This document shows positions 19,195-28,515 of a DNA stretch of 64,000 nucleotides, in pieces. A model generated the notes under the pieces. It was not told the origin of the DNA. It saw nothing but the letters and a program-made list of their open reading frames with translations, and ran no database searches. The translations under genes were made by a program, and so were the position numbers. The first letter of the stretch is position 1. Every line of letters begins with the position of its first letter. The stretch comes from Candidatus Shapirobacteria bacterium (GTDB taxonomy: Bacteria > Patescibacteriota > Microgenomatia > UBA12405). Location of the stretch: NCBI GenBank assembly GCA_041661765.1, contig JBAZTV010000002.1:74212-138211 (forward strand), in the 5' to 3' direction.

Positions 19195-20876
19195 AATAAA
19201 TATTTTTTCTTACTAAAAAAAATTATAATCATACTTATTAATGTTAACAAACTTAAGATATCTCCTATTTGCCTCGGAATAGTTTTTTCCAGTTTAACAA
19301 TTATTTGATGCGAACCTTTATTCAAGTTGAAACTTATTTGTCCAAAACAAAAATCTTGGTTACTGCAATCATTATGGTTAAAAGAAACTGGCAAATTATC
19401 AACAGTCACTTTCATTCCCGGAAAATCAAATATAGGTAATCTTATTTTGGTAACATCACTATCCACATTTATTTCCCCAGTCTGGTAATTACTCCCTTTT
19501 TTGTAATTTTTTACCTCTGCTTTTCCCTCAGTAATTTCCGGAACTTCAGGTGCTTTATAATTTGGCGGTAAAACAGCATTACTTGGTAAATAATCAAAAA
19601 TACTTGCGGTTTGTTGTTTTAAAAATTCTTGACCAGTTAATAATTGCTGATCATTAATCTCTATCCACTTCTGTGGTTTGAAGAAATTTCCATATAAGCA
19701 AAATAATAATAAAACTGTCACTACCATTATTATTTTTTTACCCTTACTACTAAAATAATTAATTGCATATCCAGATAATAATGATAAAAGAAAAGCATTA
19801 ACCACTAAAAATCTCCAAGGAAATTGGAACATAGCCATAAAACCAAAACTTTCCCAAATAAATGCCGATCTTTGATGAATTAGAAAAATAGTTAACAAAC
19901 TTATTCCAGCCAAAACCAAAATAATAATACTATTTTTCTTAGATTTTTTATAATTTTTTATGGCTAAAATTACTCCTATTAAAGATAGTATCCAATGTAT
20001 TTGTCCTACTGAAAGCGATAAATCATCACCTGGGCCCAATTGAGATGAACCATATCCCCAATGATTTGAAATAAATAATTGATATAAATTTACAAAATGT
20101 TGTCGATAATCAAAATAACCACCAGTCATACTATCGAGATGGATATAACCTCTTTCAAAAATTAAAGGCACTATAAAAAATGAAGCCAATCCTGCTCCAA
20201 TTAAAAAGGCCCACAAAATTTTCCATAATTTTTTAATATTTTTTTCTTGTATTAATAAAACAAGTATCCATATTCCTAATATTGGAAAAAACGCCACAGA
20301 CATTAAATTATGCGTCACAAATAAACTAAAAATTGCCAAACCAAAATATAAAACATTATTTTTACCTAAACCTTTAATAATTCGATACGAAAATAAAAAC
20401 AAAAATGGGAATATTGCTAAAGATAAAAATTCACCCAACGACCCTCTTACATAAACTTGAACTGCTCTTACTGGAGCATAAACATACAACAAAGAACCAG
20501 TAAGTGCGACTATTGAATTAGTAAATAAAGTAGACAGTAACCAAAACATTCCTATTCCAGATATTATGAAACCTAGTATAAAAAGTATTTTTACTGAGTC
20601 AATATATTGAAATCCTAAATTATGAAAAACAGTTCCTAAATAATAAGGACCAGGTGAATAATATAAAAACAACGGATACCCAAAACCATACCCCATATCA
20701 GGCACCCAACGGCAAGGTATTTGACCATCCTCAAAACATTTCTCCATTTCATAAATTCGAAAATATTGCATACTATCCTGAATATTATGAATTCCTGGTT
20801 TAAGAATTGTCACAAAAGCTGGAATCGTAAATAAAACTACAGCTAATAGCCAAATACAACGTTTCATATTAATCAT
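19191..20876 (-). CDS. Polytopic membrane protein, family B (GT-C-like?).
   Basis: IQDSMQYFRIYEMEKCFEDGQIPCRWVPDMGYGFGYPLFLYY...FQFPWRFL. The 4-bp overlap with 17554-19194 suggests translational coupling. Confidence 0.75.
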   Translation of the reverse strand: MINMKRCIWLLAVVLFTIPAFVTILKPGIHNIQDSMQYFRIYEMEKCFEDGQIPCRWVPDMGYGFGYPLFLYYSPGPYYLGTVFHNLGFQYIDSVKILFILGFIISGIGMFWLLSTLFTNSIVALTGSLLYVYAPVRAVQVYVRGSLGEFLSLAIFPFLFLFSYRIIKGLGKNNVLYFGLAIFSLFVTHNLMSVAFFPILGIWILVLLIQEKNIKKLWKILWAFLIGAGLASFFIVPLIFERGYIHLDSMTGGYFDYRQHFVNLYQLFISNHWGYGSSQLGPGDDLSLSVGQIHWILSLIGVILAIKNYKKSKKNSIIILVLAGISLLTIFLIHQRSAFIWESFGFMAMFQFPWRFLVVNAFLLSLLSGYAINYFSSKGKKIIMVVTVLLLFCLYGNFFKPQKWIEINDQQLLTGQEFLKQQTASIFDYLPSNAVLPPNYKAPEVPEITEGKAEVKNYKKGSNYQTGEINVDSDVTKIRLPIFDFPGMKVTVDNLPVSFNHNDCSNQDFCFGQISFNLNKGSHQIIVKLEKTIPRQIGDILSLLTLISMIIIFFSKKKYLL

Positions 20877-20909
20877 TATAGCTTAATTAAATGTTAACAT
20901 TATACAAAC

Positions 20910-22586
20910 ATGTCTAAGTTCTACACGATTATTTTTGGATTCATTTTAGTCATTGGATTACTAACTCGTTTTATTAATTTAGATAAATTTCCAGTTGCCC
21001 TAAATTGGGATGAAATTAGTCATGGTTACAACGCCTACAGTTTAATTAATACTGGTAAAGATCAATGGTCAACATCTTGGCCCATTTTTAACTTCCGAGC
21101 CTACGGCGATTATCCCACTATTCTCAATATGTATCTTTCCATGCCTTTTATTTATTTTTTCGGTCTCAACGAATGGACAGTTCGAATTGTTTCTGCCTTT
21201 TGTGGCTTTGGCTTAATTATTATCGCTTTTTTCTTAGGTCAAGAAATTTTTAAAAACAAGAAAAAATCTCTTTTATTAATGTTATTAGTCGTACTATCTC
21301 CTTGGACATTTTTTCCATCGCGCGGTGTTTTTCAGTCAACAGTTGCTCAATTTTTTTTCTCTCTCGGACTTTTATTTTTAATCAAAGCCATCAAAAAAAT
21401 AAAATTTCTTCCACTCGGGATTTTCTTTTTTTCTATTTCTACCTACGCCTATCACAATACTAAAATTGTCGTTCCAATTTTACTTTTAACTTACTTCCTT
21501 ATTTTCTTTAAAGAGATTAAACAAAAAATTTCAAAACATAAAAATTTTTTTACAATCAGTTTATTAGTTCTTTCCATTTTAGTAATCCCTCAATTAATCA
21601 ACACTTTTAATAAAGAAGCTCAAGCCCGAAGTCGCTGGGTTTTTATTATTAATCCAGCATCTATTAATGAAATTGAAAATAATCGTAATATTTATCAAGG
21701 CAGTCAATTAGTCGCCAAACTAAAATATAATCGAGTTACTCTTTTTAGCACTACCGTTTTCAAAAATTATTTAGATTTTGTTAATCCTAAAATTTTATTT
21801 TTCAACAGCACTCAAAACTTTCAATTTAATATCCCCAACACTGGCGTTCTTTATTCTGTTTACTTACCGTTCTTTTACATCGGCCTAATAATTTTAATTT
21901 TAAAATCCATAAAAAAAAGCTCCCCTGAAAATAAAAAATATATTTTTCTTAATTTTTGGTTTTTAATCGGTCTAATCCCCGCAGTTATCACAATCGGTGA
22001 TTTTCCTATTATTCGGGCCATGACAATTTTGCCGCTTCCTCAAATCTTTATAGTTTATGGTTTTTTTAAAACCATTTCCTTTTTAAAAAATTCCAAAACA
22101 AAAACAATTTTTACTATTTTATTTTTAATAATTCTAATTATTCAATCATTTTCATATTTCAAAAATTATTTTAACGACTATTCCCAAAATTATTCTAGTT
22201 CTTGGCAGTACGGGTATAAAGAAACTGTCAATTATATAAAAGAAAATTATAATAGTTACGATCAAATTATTTTTACTAAAAAATATGGCGAAGCCCATGA
22301 ATTTGTTTTATTTTATTGGCCATGGAACCCAAAATCTTACCAAAACGACCCAAATTTAAATTGGGATTTCCATGCCGATTGGTATTGGGTAAATGCATTT
22401 GATAAATTTAAATTTATCAATGATTGGGAAATCAAAAAAGAAACTGAAAAGTTAGATAAAAAAACCCTTTTAATCACCTCTCCAGGCAATTATAATAAAA
22501 GCAATAGCGCATTAATCAAAACCGTTTATTTTCTCAACCAAACACCGGCTTTTGATATTTTAAGCATCAATGATCAAAAACAATAA
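20910..22586 (+). CDS. GT-C membrane glycosyltransferase, ArnT/PMT-like. First of a tandem triplet.
   Basis: NWDEISHGYNAYSLINTGKDQWSTSWPIFNFRAYGDYP...RIVSAF. Confidence 0.8.
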   Translation: MSKFYTIIFGFILVIGLLTRFINLDKFPVALNWDEISHGYNAYSLINTGKDQWSTSWPIFNFRAYGDYPTILNMYLSMPFIYFFGLNEWTVRIVSAFCGFGLIIIAFFLGQEIFKNKKKSLLLMLLVVLSPWTFFPSRGVFQSTVAQFFFSLGLLFLIKAIKKIKFLPLGIFFFSISTYAYHNTKIVVPILLLTYFLIFFKEIKQKISKHKNFFTISLLVLSILVIPQLINTFNKEAQARSRWVFIINPASINEIENNRNIYQGSQLVAKLKYNRVTLFSTTVFKNYLDFVNPKILFFNSTQNFQFNIPNTGVLYSVYLPFFYIGLIILILKSIKKSSPENKKYIFLNFWFLIGLIPAVITIGDFPIIRAMTILPLPQIFIVYGFFKTISFLKNSKTKTIFTILFLIILIIQSFSYFKNYFNDYSQNYSSSWQYGYKETVNYIKENYNSYDQIIFTKKYGEAHEFVLFYWPWNPKSYQNDPNLNWDFHADWYWVNAFDKFKFINDWEIKKETEKLDKKTLLITSPGNYNKSNSALIKTVYFLNQTPAFDILSINDQKQ

Positions 22587-24210
22587 ACTTTTTCTAATAA
22601 TTATTTTTTTAATTGCCTTTTTCTTAAGGTTTTACAAGGTAGGGGAATATCCAACTTTTCTTTGGGATGAAGCTTCACTCGGTTACAATGCCTATTCAAT
22701 TATTGAAACTGGTAAAGACGAATATGGCCAAACTTTACCAATTATTTTTAAATCATTTGGCGACTATAAACCTGGTCTTTATGTTTATTTAGCCATTCCA
22801 TTTATTAAAATTTTTGGACTAACAACCACCACTACTCGTTTACCGTCAATAATTTTAGGTTCTCTTCTGCCAATTCTAATCTACTTTCTAATTAAAGAAA
22901 TCAACCCCAAAGCCCACAAGACCGCTATTTTTGCCGCTCTTATTACTGTCTTCAATCCTTATTCAATTCATTTTTCTCGTGGCGCCTGGGAAAGTAATGT
23001 CTTAACTTTTGAATTAGTATTGGCTTCTTTTCTCTTTTTTAAATACATCAACAAAAAAAATGATAAATATCTTTTTTGGTCCGCAATTATTTTTGGTTTG
23101 ACACTTTTTACTTATCAGGCCGGAAAAATGATCAGTCTTTTTTTGATCGTTATTTTATTTTTAATCAATTTCAAAATAGTCAACAAAAAAAATATCAAAA
23201 GTTTATTTTTAAATTTTATTTTACCCCTTCTGATTTTTTCAGCCCCCATAGTTTATGGCTTATTTTTCGGAAGTAATGCCAATCGCTTAAAAGTCGTCAG
23301 TCTTTTTTCTTATCCTCGCTCCGCTCAAGAGTCCAATATTATCATTAATGAAAGTAACCAATTAGATTATGAAATTTTCCATAATCACACTTCTTTTTTT
23401 GGTCGCGGATTTTTACTTCGCTATTTTAATCATTTTTCGCCCAAATTCTTAGCCTTTGAAGGTGATTGGCAAAATCCTCGACAATCAGCTCCTTATATTG
23501 GTGTAATTCTTTATCCAAGTTTAATTTTTCTAATCTTAGGTATATTTTTTGCCTTAAGTCGCCCAAAAATTGACAAAATTAATATTTTCTTCTTACTCTG
23601 GCTTTTAATTGCCCCAATTCCTGCCGCTCTTACTCGCGACACTGTTCAAGGCCTTCGTTCTATGTCTTTTTCCATTCCTTTAATTTATTTTATTTCTCTT
23701 GGTATTTATTTCATCGTCAACAAATATAAAAATATTTTTCTCTATTGCTTGATTTTTGGTGCTTATTTACTTTCTTTCATTTATTACAGTGACCTTTATT
23801 TGAATCACATGATTAAAAAAAGTCCCGATGATTTTCTTTATGGCTATCAACAATCAATGGAATATTTGGTCAAAAATCAAAATAAATTTCAAAACATTAT
23901 CATGAGTGATTATTACGGCCAAGCATATATTTTTTATCTTTTCTATTCAAAATATCCGCCACAATCTTATCAGCAACAAGCTAAACTAATCGAAAATTTA
24001 TCAGGTGACACCGGCAAAATCGAGCAAATTGATAATATTAAATTTACCACTCCTGACTATAATTCAATCAAAAATCAACCCAACACATTAGCAATTTTTA
24101 ATTACAACGAAATTTATCGCCAATTTATCGATAAATCCAATAATTTTAAAGACTTCTTACCATTAAGCCCAATCAATAATATTTCCACTTTTTATGCTTA
24201 CCAAAATTAA
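22570..24210 (+). CDS. GT-C membrane glycosyltransferase, ArnT/PMT-like. Second of the tandem triplet.
   Basis: LWDEASLGYNAYSIIETGKDEYGQTLPIIFKSFGDYKPGLYVYLAIPFIKIFGL. Overlaps neighbours by 17 bp. Confidence 0.8.
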   Translation: MIKNNKLFLIIIFLIAFFLRFYKVGEYPTFLWDEASLGYNAYSIIETGKDEYGQTLPIIFKSFGDYKPGLYVYLAIPFIKIFGLTTTTTRLPSIILGSLLPILIYFLIKEINPKAHKTAIFAALITVFNPYSIHFSRGAWESNVLTFELVLASFLFFKYINKKNDKYLFWSAIIFGLTLFTYQAGKMISLFLIVILFLINFKIVNKKNIKSLFLNFILPLLIFSAPIVYGLFFGSNANRLKVVSLFSYPRSAQESNIIINESNQLDYEIFHNHTSFFGRGFLLRYFNHFSPKFLAFEGDWQNPRQSAPYIGVILYPSLIFLILGIFFALSRPKIDKINIFFLLWLLIAPIPAALTRDTVQGLRSMSFSIPLIYFISLGIYFIVNKYKNIFLYCLIFGAYLLSFIYYSDLYLNHMIKKSPDDFLYGYQQSMEYLVKNQNKFQNIIMSDYYGQAYIFYLFYSKYPPQSYQQQAKLIENLSGDTGKIEQIDNIKFTTPDYNSIKNQPNTLAIFNYNEIYRQFIDKSNNFKDFLPLSPINNISTFYAYQN

Positions 24211-25816
24211 TAAATTACCATTAATAATTATTCTTATCGTTGCCATTTTAATTCGTTTTATTAATATTGGCTCCATGCCATCACTTAATGCCGACGAGGC
24301 TGCTCTCGGTTACAATGCCTACTCCCTTATCGAAACCGGTAAAGACGAACACGGCATCTCTTGGCCTCTTCATTTTAAATCATTTGGGGATTACAAACCG
24401 GGCGGCTATGTATATTTAGCCATACCTTTCGTCAAAATTTTTGGCCTCACACCATTGGCTGTCAGATTGCCAAATTTGATACTTTCTATATTAACTATCC
24501 TTTTTTTATACAAATTAATTTTCCTTTTATCAAAAAATAATAAACTAGCAGTTTTAACTGCTGCTGTTTTAACTTTTTCACCATGGCACATTCATTTTAG
24601 TCGCGGCGCCTGGGAATCTTCCGCAGCCCTCTCTTTTATTATAATTGGCACCTATTTTTTCTTCAAATCAATCAAAGAAAAATTTTTATTAAATTTTAAT
24701 TTGTTTGTTGTTCTTTATGTTTTATCACTTTACATTTATCATTCAGCTCGTCTAATTGCTCCACTTTTAGCATTAACTTTGATTGTTCTTTATTTCAAAA
24801 ATTTAATTAAAAAATTCCCTCAAATTTTAATTCCTCTTTTTATTGGTGTTCTTTTGGCCATACCGGTAACTTATTCCTTTTTACAAAATGGAGGAACCGC
24901 CCGTATCGGTGGTGTTGGCTTAACTGCCGATCAAGGCCCAATTTGGCGTGCTAACGAGCTTTTAAATCATCATAATAATGTCAAATTAATTAATCGCATC
25001 ATGCACAACAAAAGATTTCTTTATTTAATTTCTTGGAGTCAAAAATATACTTCTCATTTTGATTTAAATTTTTTAGCTATTAATGGCGACGAAGTCCCTC
25101 GTTCTAAAGTTCCCGAAATGGGTCAAATTTATTTAATTGAGTTGCCCTTTCTTTTTCTCGGTCTCATTTTTCTTCTCAAATCTACGATCTATGATCGACG
25201 ATCTAAAATCTTTCTTATTGCCTTTTTATTAATCGCCCCAATTGCTTCATCCTTAACCTATCAAGCACCATCCGCCCTCAGAGCCCTTTCTATGGTTGTT
25301 CCCTTATCAATTTTAATTGCTCTTGGAATTTACTCTTTCTTTTCTTTTTTTAAAAATAAAAATATTTTAAAGGTAATTTCCATCATATTCATTACTATCT
25401 ATGGATATTTTGTCACCTATTATTTTGATGCTTATTTTGTTCATTATCCTAAAAGATACCCTTATGCCTGGGAATATGGCTTTGATCAATTAGTCCCTTA
25501 TTTGGAAAGTCAAAAAAATAATTACGACAAAGTTTACGTCACCGACAAATATGACCAACCATATATTTTATTTTTATTTTTTTCTAAATATCCGCCAGAA
25601 AAAATTCAACAAGAAATAAAACTAACTTCCCCTGATCAATATGGTTTTTCTACTGTCCTAAATTTCGATAAATACATTTTTCAAAAAATTGAATGGGGTA
25701 AGATTCCTCCAAATTCACTAGTTGTAACCAGTGATGAATTAGTTCCACTTGAACCTTTTAAAATTATTAATTTCCCAAATGGACAACCAGGGTTTAAAAT
25801 CTATTCAAAACAATGA
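24194..25816 (+). CDS. GT-C membrane glycosyltransferase, ArnT/PMT-like. Third of the tandem triplet.
   Basis: NADEAALGYNAYSLIETGKDEHGISWPLHFKSFGDYKPGGYVYLAIPFVKIFGL. About 60-70% identical to 22570-24210 in this loop. Confidence 0.8.
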   Translation: MLTKINKLPLIIILIVAILIRFINIGSMPSLNADEAALGYNAYSLIETGKDEHGISWPLHFKSFGDYKPGGYVYLAIPFVKIFGLTPLAVRLPNLILSILTILFLYKLIFLLSKNNKLAVLTAAVLTFSPWHIHFSRGAWESSAALSFIIIGTYFFFKSIKEKFLLNFNLFVVLYVLSLYIYHSARLIAPLLALTLIVLYFKNLIKKFPQILIPLFIGVLLAIPVTYSFLQNGGTARIGGVGLTADQGPIWRANELLNHHNNVKLINRIMHNKRFLYLISWSQKYTSHFDLNFLAINGDEVPRSKVPEMGQIYLIELPFLFLGLIFLLKSTIYDRRSKIFLIAFLLIAPIASSLTYQAPSALRALSMVVPLSILIALGIYSFFSFFKNKNILKVISIIFITIYGYFVTYYFDAYFVHYPKRYPYAWEYGFDQLVPYLESQKNNYDKVYVTDKYDQPYILFLFFSKYPPEKIQQEIKLTSPDQYGFSTVLNFDKYIFQKIEWGKIPPNSLVVTSDELVPLEPFKIINFPNGQPGFKIYSKQ

Positions 25817-26640
25817 AAAATTCAAAAAGAACCATTTCAGTAGCTATTGCCACTTATAATGAAGAAAACAATATTGAGCGATGTTTAAACGCCGTGTCTG
25901 ACTGGGTCGACGAAATAATCATTGTCGATGGTAATTCTCAGGATAAAACCATCGAGGTTGCCTCTAAATTTAAAAAGGTCAAAATAATAAAAACCACCAA
26001 CAAACCAATTTTTCATATCAATAAAAATATTGCTATTGACGCTTGTACTAGTGATTGGATTCTTCAACTCGATGCTGATGAAATTGTCACCCCGGAGCTC
26101 AAAAAAGAAATCATTTCGTATTTAGAAAAAAATATCGATGATGTTAAACAAAATGGTTTTTGGATTCCAAGGAAAAATTATTTTCTCGGTGCTTTTTTAA
26201 AAAAAGGCGGTCAATATCCCGACCCCACCATTAGATTTTATAAAAAAGGAAAAGGACGTCTTCCGTGTGTCGATGTCCATGAACAAGCCGAAATAGAAGG
26301 GGCTGTGGGTTGGCTTAAAAATGATTTAGAACATTACGCCGACACTTCTTTTTCCAAATATCTTCTTCGCCATAATCGTTACACCACACTTTTAGCCCAA
26401 GAATTACAAGAGAAAAAAACAAAAATAAATTTTATAAATTTTATAAATTTTTACCTTTATAAACCGACCTGGTGGTTTTTAAAAACTTTTTTTCGTCACC
26501 GTGGCTATGTTGACGGCTTTCCTGGTTTTGTTTTTTCTTTCTATTCCGCCTTAAGATTCCCAATTTTTTACACTAAATATTGGGAATTGGTCAAAACCAA
26601 TCGTCAAATCGACTTAAAAAATGATTGGGATAAAAAATAA
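25813..26640 (+). CDS. Glycosyltransferase family 2 (LPS-core type). Paralog of 6486 and 8334.
   Basis: ISVAIATYNEENNIERCLNAVSDWVDEIIIVDGNSQDKT...LDADE. C-terminal YWELVK. Confidence 0.8.
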   Translation: MKNSKRTISVAIATYNEENNIERCLNAVSDWVDEIIIVDGNSQDKTIEVASKFKKVKIIKTTNKPIFHINKNIAIDACTSDWILQLDADEIVTPELKKEIISYLEKNIDDVKQNGFWIPRKNYFLGAFLKKGGQYPDPTIRFYKKGKGRLPCVDVHEQAEIEGAVGWLKNDLEHYADTSFSKYLLRHNRYTTLLAQELQEKKTKINFINFINFYLYKPTWWFLKTFFRHRGYVDGFPGFVFSFYSALRFPIFYTKYWELVKTNRQIDLKNDWDKK

Positions 26641-27720
26641 ATGGATAAAAAAATAAAAATCGCCATTGATATTTCTCCAACTCAAGATGGAAATGCTGTT
26701 CGTGGTGTTGGATACTACACATCAAATTTAGTTTCCGCCCTTCAAAAAGAAATTAAAAATAACCCAGATTATAAAAACTATCAAATTGATCTAATTAAAA
26801 ATATCAACGATCTATTGTCTACAACCTATAACCTAATTCACTATCCCTATTTCGATCCTTTTAAAACGACTTTGCCTAAAAAAACTGAAATACCCACTAT
26901 TGTCACCGTTCACGATCTTATTCCTATTCAATTCAAAAGTCATTTTCCGGTCGGCATTAAAGGCAACATTAAGTGGCTTTTACAAAAAAAACGTCTTTTA
27001 AAAGTCGATAAAATTTTAACTGTTTCTCATTACTCTAAAAACATTATTAACAGAATCACTAAATATAAATTAAACGATATTTTTGTCACCTATTTGGCCG
27101 CCGATAAAAATTTTAAAGTTTCATCCGATTCAAAAAAATTAAAAGAAATCAAAGATAAATACAAGCTTCCGTCAAAATTTATCCTATTTATTGGAGATAT
27201 TAATTGGAATAAAAATATTCCAACATTAGTCAAAACCTGTTCAAAACTAAATTATCCATTAGTAATTGTTGGCTCTGCTGCTACCAAAAAAGATGTTCCA
27301 AATCATCCTTGGACTCAAGATCTTCTTTGGCTTCAATCGCAAAAATCTTCAAATTTAATTTTCACCGGTTTTGTTCCAGATGAAGAACTTCCTTTTATTT
27401 ATAATCTAGCCACCGTCTATTGCCAACCATCTTTTGCTGAAGGTTTTGGTCTGCCATTAATTCAAGCCATGCAATCCGGTTGTCCTGTGGCATACAGTCA
27501 AGATTCTTGCCTAGATGAAATTATGGACTCCAATGGTCTTAAATTTGATCCCCATTCTCCAAAAAAATTAGAAAAAGTTTTAAAAAAATTTTGGAATAAT
27601 CAAAATATAAGACAAAAATATGCTAAACTTGGGCTAATCCGCGCCAAGAATTTTAATTGGCAAAACACTGCTCTTCAAACACTTACCCTTTATAATTTGG
27701 TGTTATCAAATGAAAAATAG
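26641..27720 (+). CDS. Glycosyltransferase family 4 (glycos_transf_1).
   Basis: FAEGFGLPLIQAMQSGCPVAYSQDSCLDEI (E-X7-E region). N-terminal acceptor domain. Confidence 0.85.
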   Translation: MDKKIKIAIDISPTQDGNAVRGVGYYTSNLVSALQKEIKNNPDYKNYQIDLIKNINDLLSTTYNLIHYPYFDPFKTTLPKKTEIPTIVTVHDLIPIQFKSHFPVGIKGNIKWLLQKKRLLKVDKILTVSHYSKNIINRITKYKLNDIFVTYLAADKNFKVSSDSKKLKEIKDKYKLPSKFILFIGDINWNKNIPTLVKTCSKLNYPLVIVGSAATKKDVPNHPWTQDLLWLQSQKSSNLIFTGFVPDEELPFIYNLATVYCQPSFAEGFGLPLIQAMQSGCPVAYSQDSCLDEIMDSNGLKFDPHSPKKLEKVLKKFWNNQNIRQKYAKLGLIRAKNFNWQNTALQTLTLYNLVLSNEK

Positions 27721-28513
27721 TAATCATTTTCTATCGGTCATAATCCCTATCTATAAACAAGAAAAAACCATTAAAAAAGATCTTCAAACCATAAACGAAA
27801 CTCTCAAACAAATTCGTTACAACTACGAAATTATCGCCGTTGTTGATGGTACTTCGATTGATAAATCACTTAAAGAAATCAAAAAATTAAAATTAAAAAA
27901 CCTAAAGGCTTTTGGTTACAAAACTAACCATGGTAAAGGCTATGCGGTTCGTTATGGCATGGCCAAAACCCAAGGCGATTACATTGCCTTTATTGATTCC
28001 GGCATGGAAATCGACCCTAATGGGATTTCTTTAGTATTAGAACACATGGAATGGTACAACGCCGATATAATAGTTGCTTCCAAGCGTCACCCAGCATCAA
28101 TGGTAAATTACCCATTAGATAGGAGAATTATTAGTTTTGGTGCCCATATTATTTCCAAATTTTTATTAGGAATTAATGTTCACGATACTCAAGCCGGATT
28201 AAAAATTTTCAAACGACCAGTTTTAATAAAAGTTCTTCCACGCCTTCTAGTCAAAAACTATGCTTTTGATCTAGAAATTTTATCGGTTGCTAATAAATTA
28301 GGATTTACTAAAATTTACGAAGCCCCAATTAAATTAAATTACGACTTTAAAAGTTTAACTCACGCCACTGGTCTTAAAACTATTTATAGTTGTCTTATGG
28401 AAGCTCTCGCTGTTTTTTATAGACTCAAAATTCTAAATTATTACGACGATAAAAATAAAAGAAAATGGGTTTACGATCCAGAATTAGAAATGAGAATTAA
28501 TACTGGAAAATAA
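27710..28513 (+). CDS. GT2 polyprenyl-phosphate glycosyltransferase (DPM1/GtrB-like, soluble form).
   Basis: FLSVIIPIYKQEKTIKKDL...IIAVVDGTSIDKS...FIDSGMEIDPNGI...HDTQAGLKIF. No C-terminal TM pair. Confidence 0.65.
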   Translation: MKNSNHFLSVIIPIYKQEKTIKKDLQTINETLKQIRYNYEIIAVVDGTSIDKSLKEIKKLKLKNLKAFGYKTNHGKGYAVRYGMAKTQGDYIAFIDSGMEIDPNGISLVLEHMEWYNADIIVASKRHPASMVNYPLDRRIISFGAHIISKFLLGINVHDTQAGLKIFKRPVLIKVLPRLLVKNYAFDLEILSVANKLGFTKIYEAPIKLNYDFKSLTHATGLKTIYSCLMEALAVFYRLKILNYYDDKNKRKWVYDPELEMRINTGK

Positions 28514-28515
28514 TT

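Noticed and set aside
26420-26455. Mini tandem repeat aattttataa x2 (encodes FINFINF).
   Set aside because: Two copies only, inside a GT2 coding region. It is at a scale expected by chance in low-complexity AT-rich DNA.
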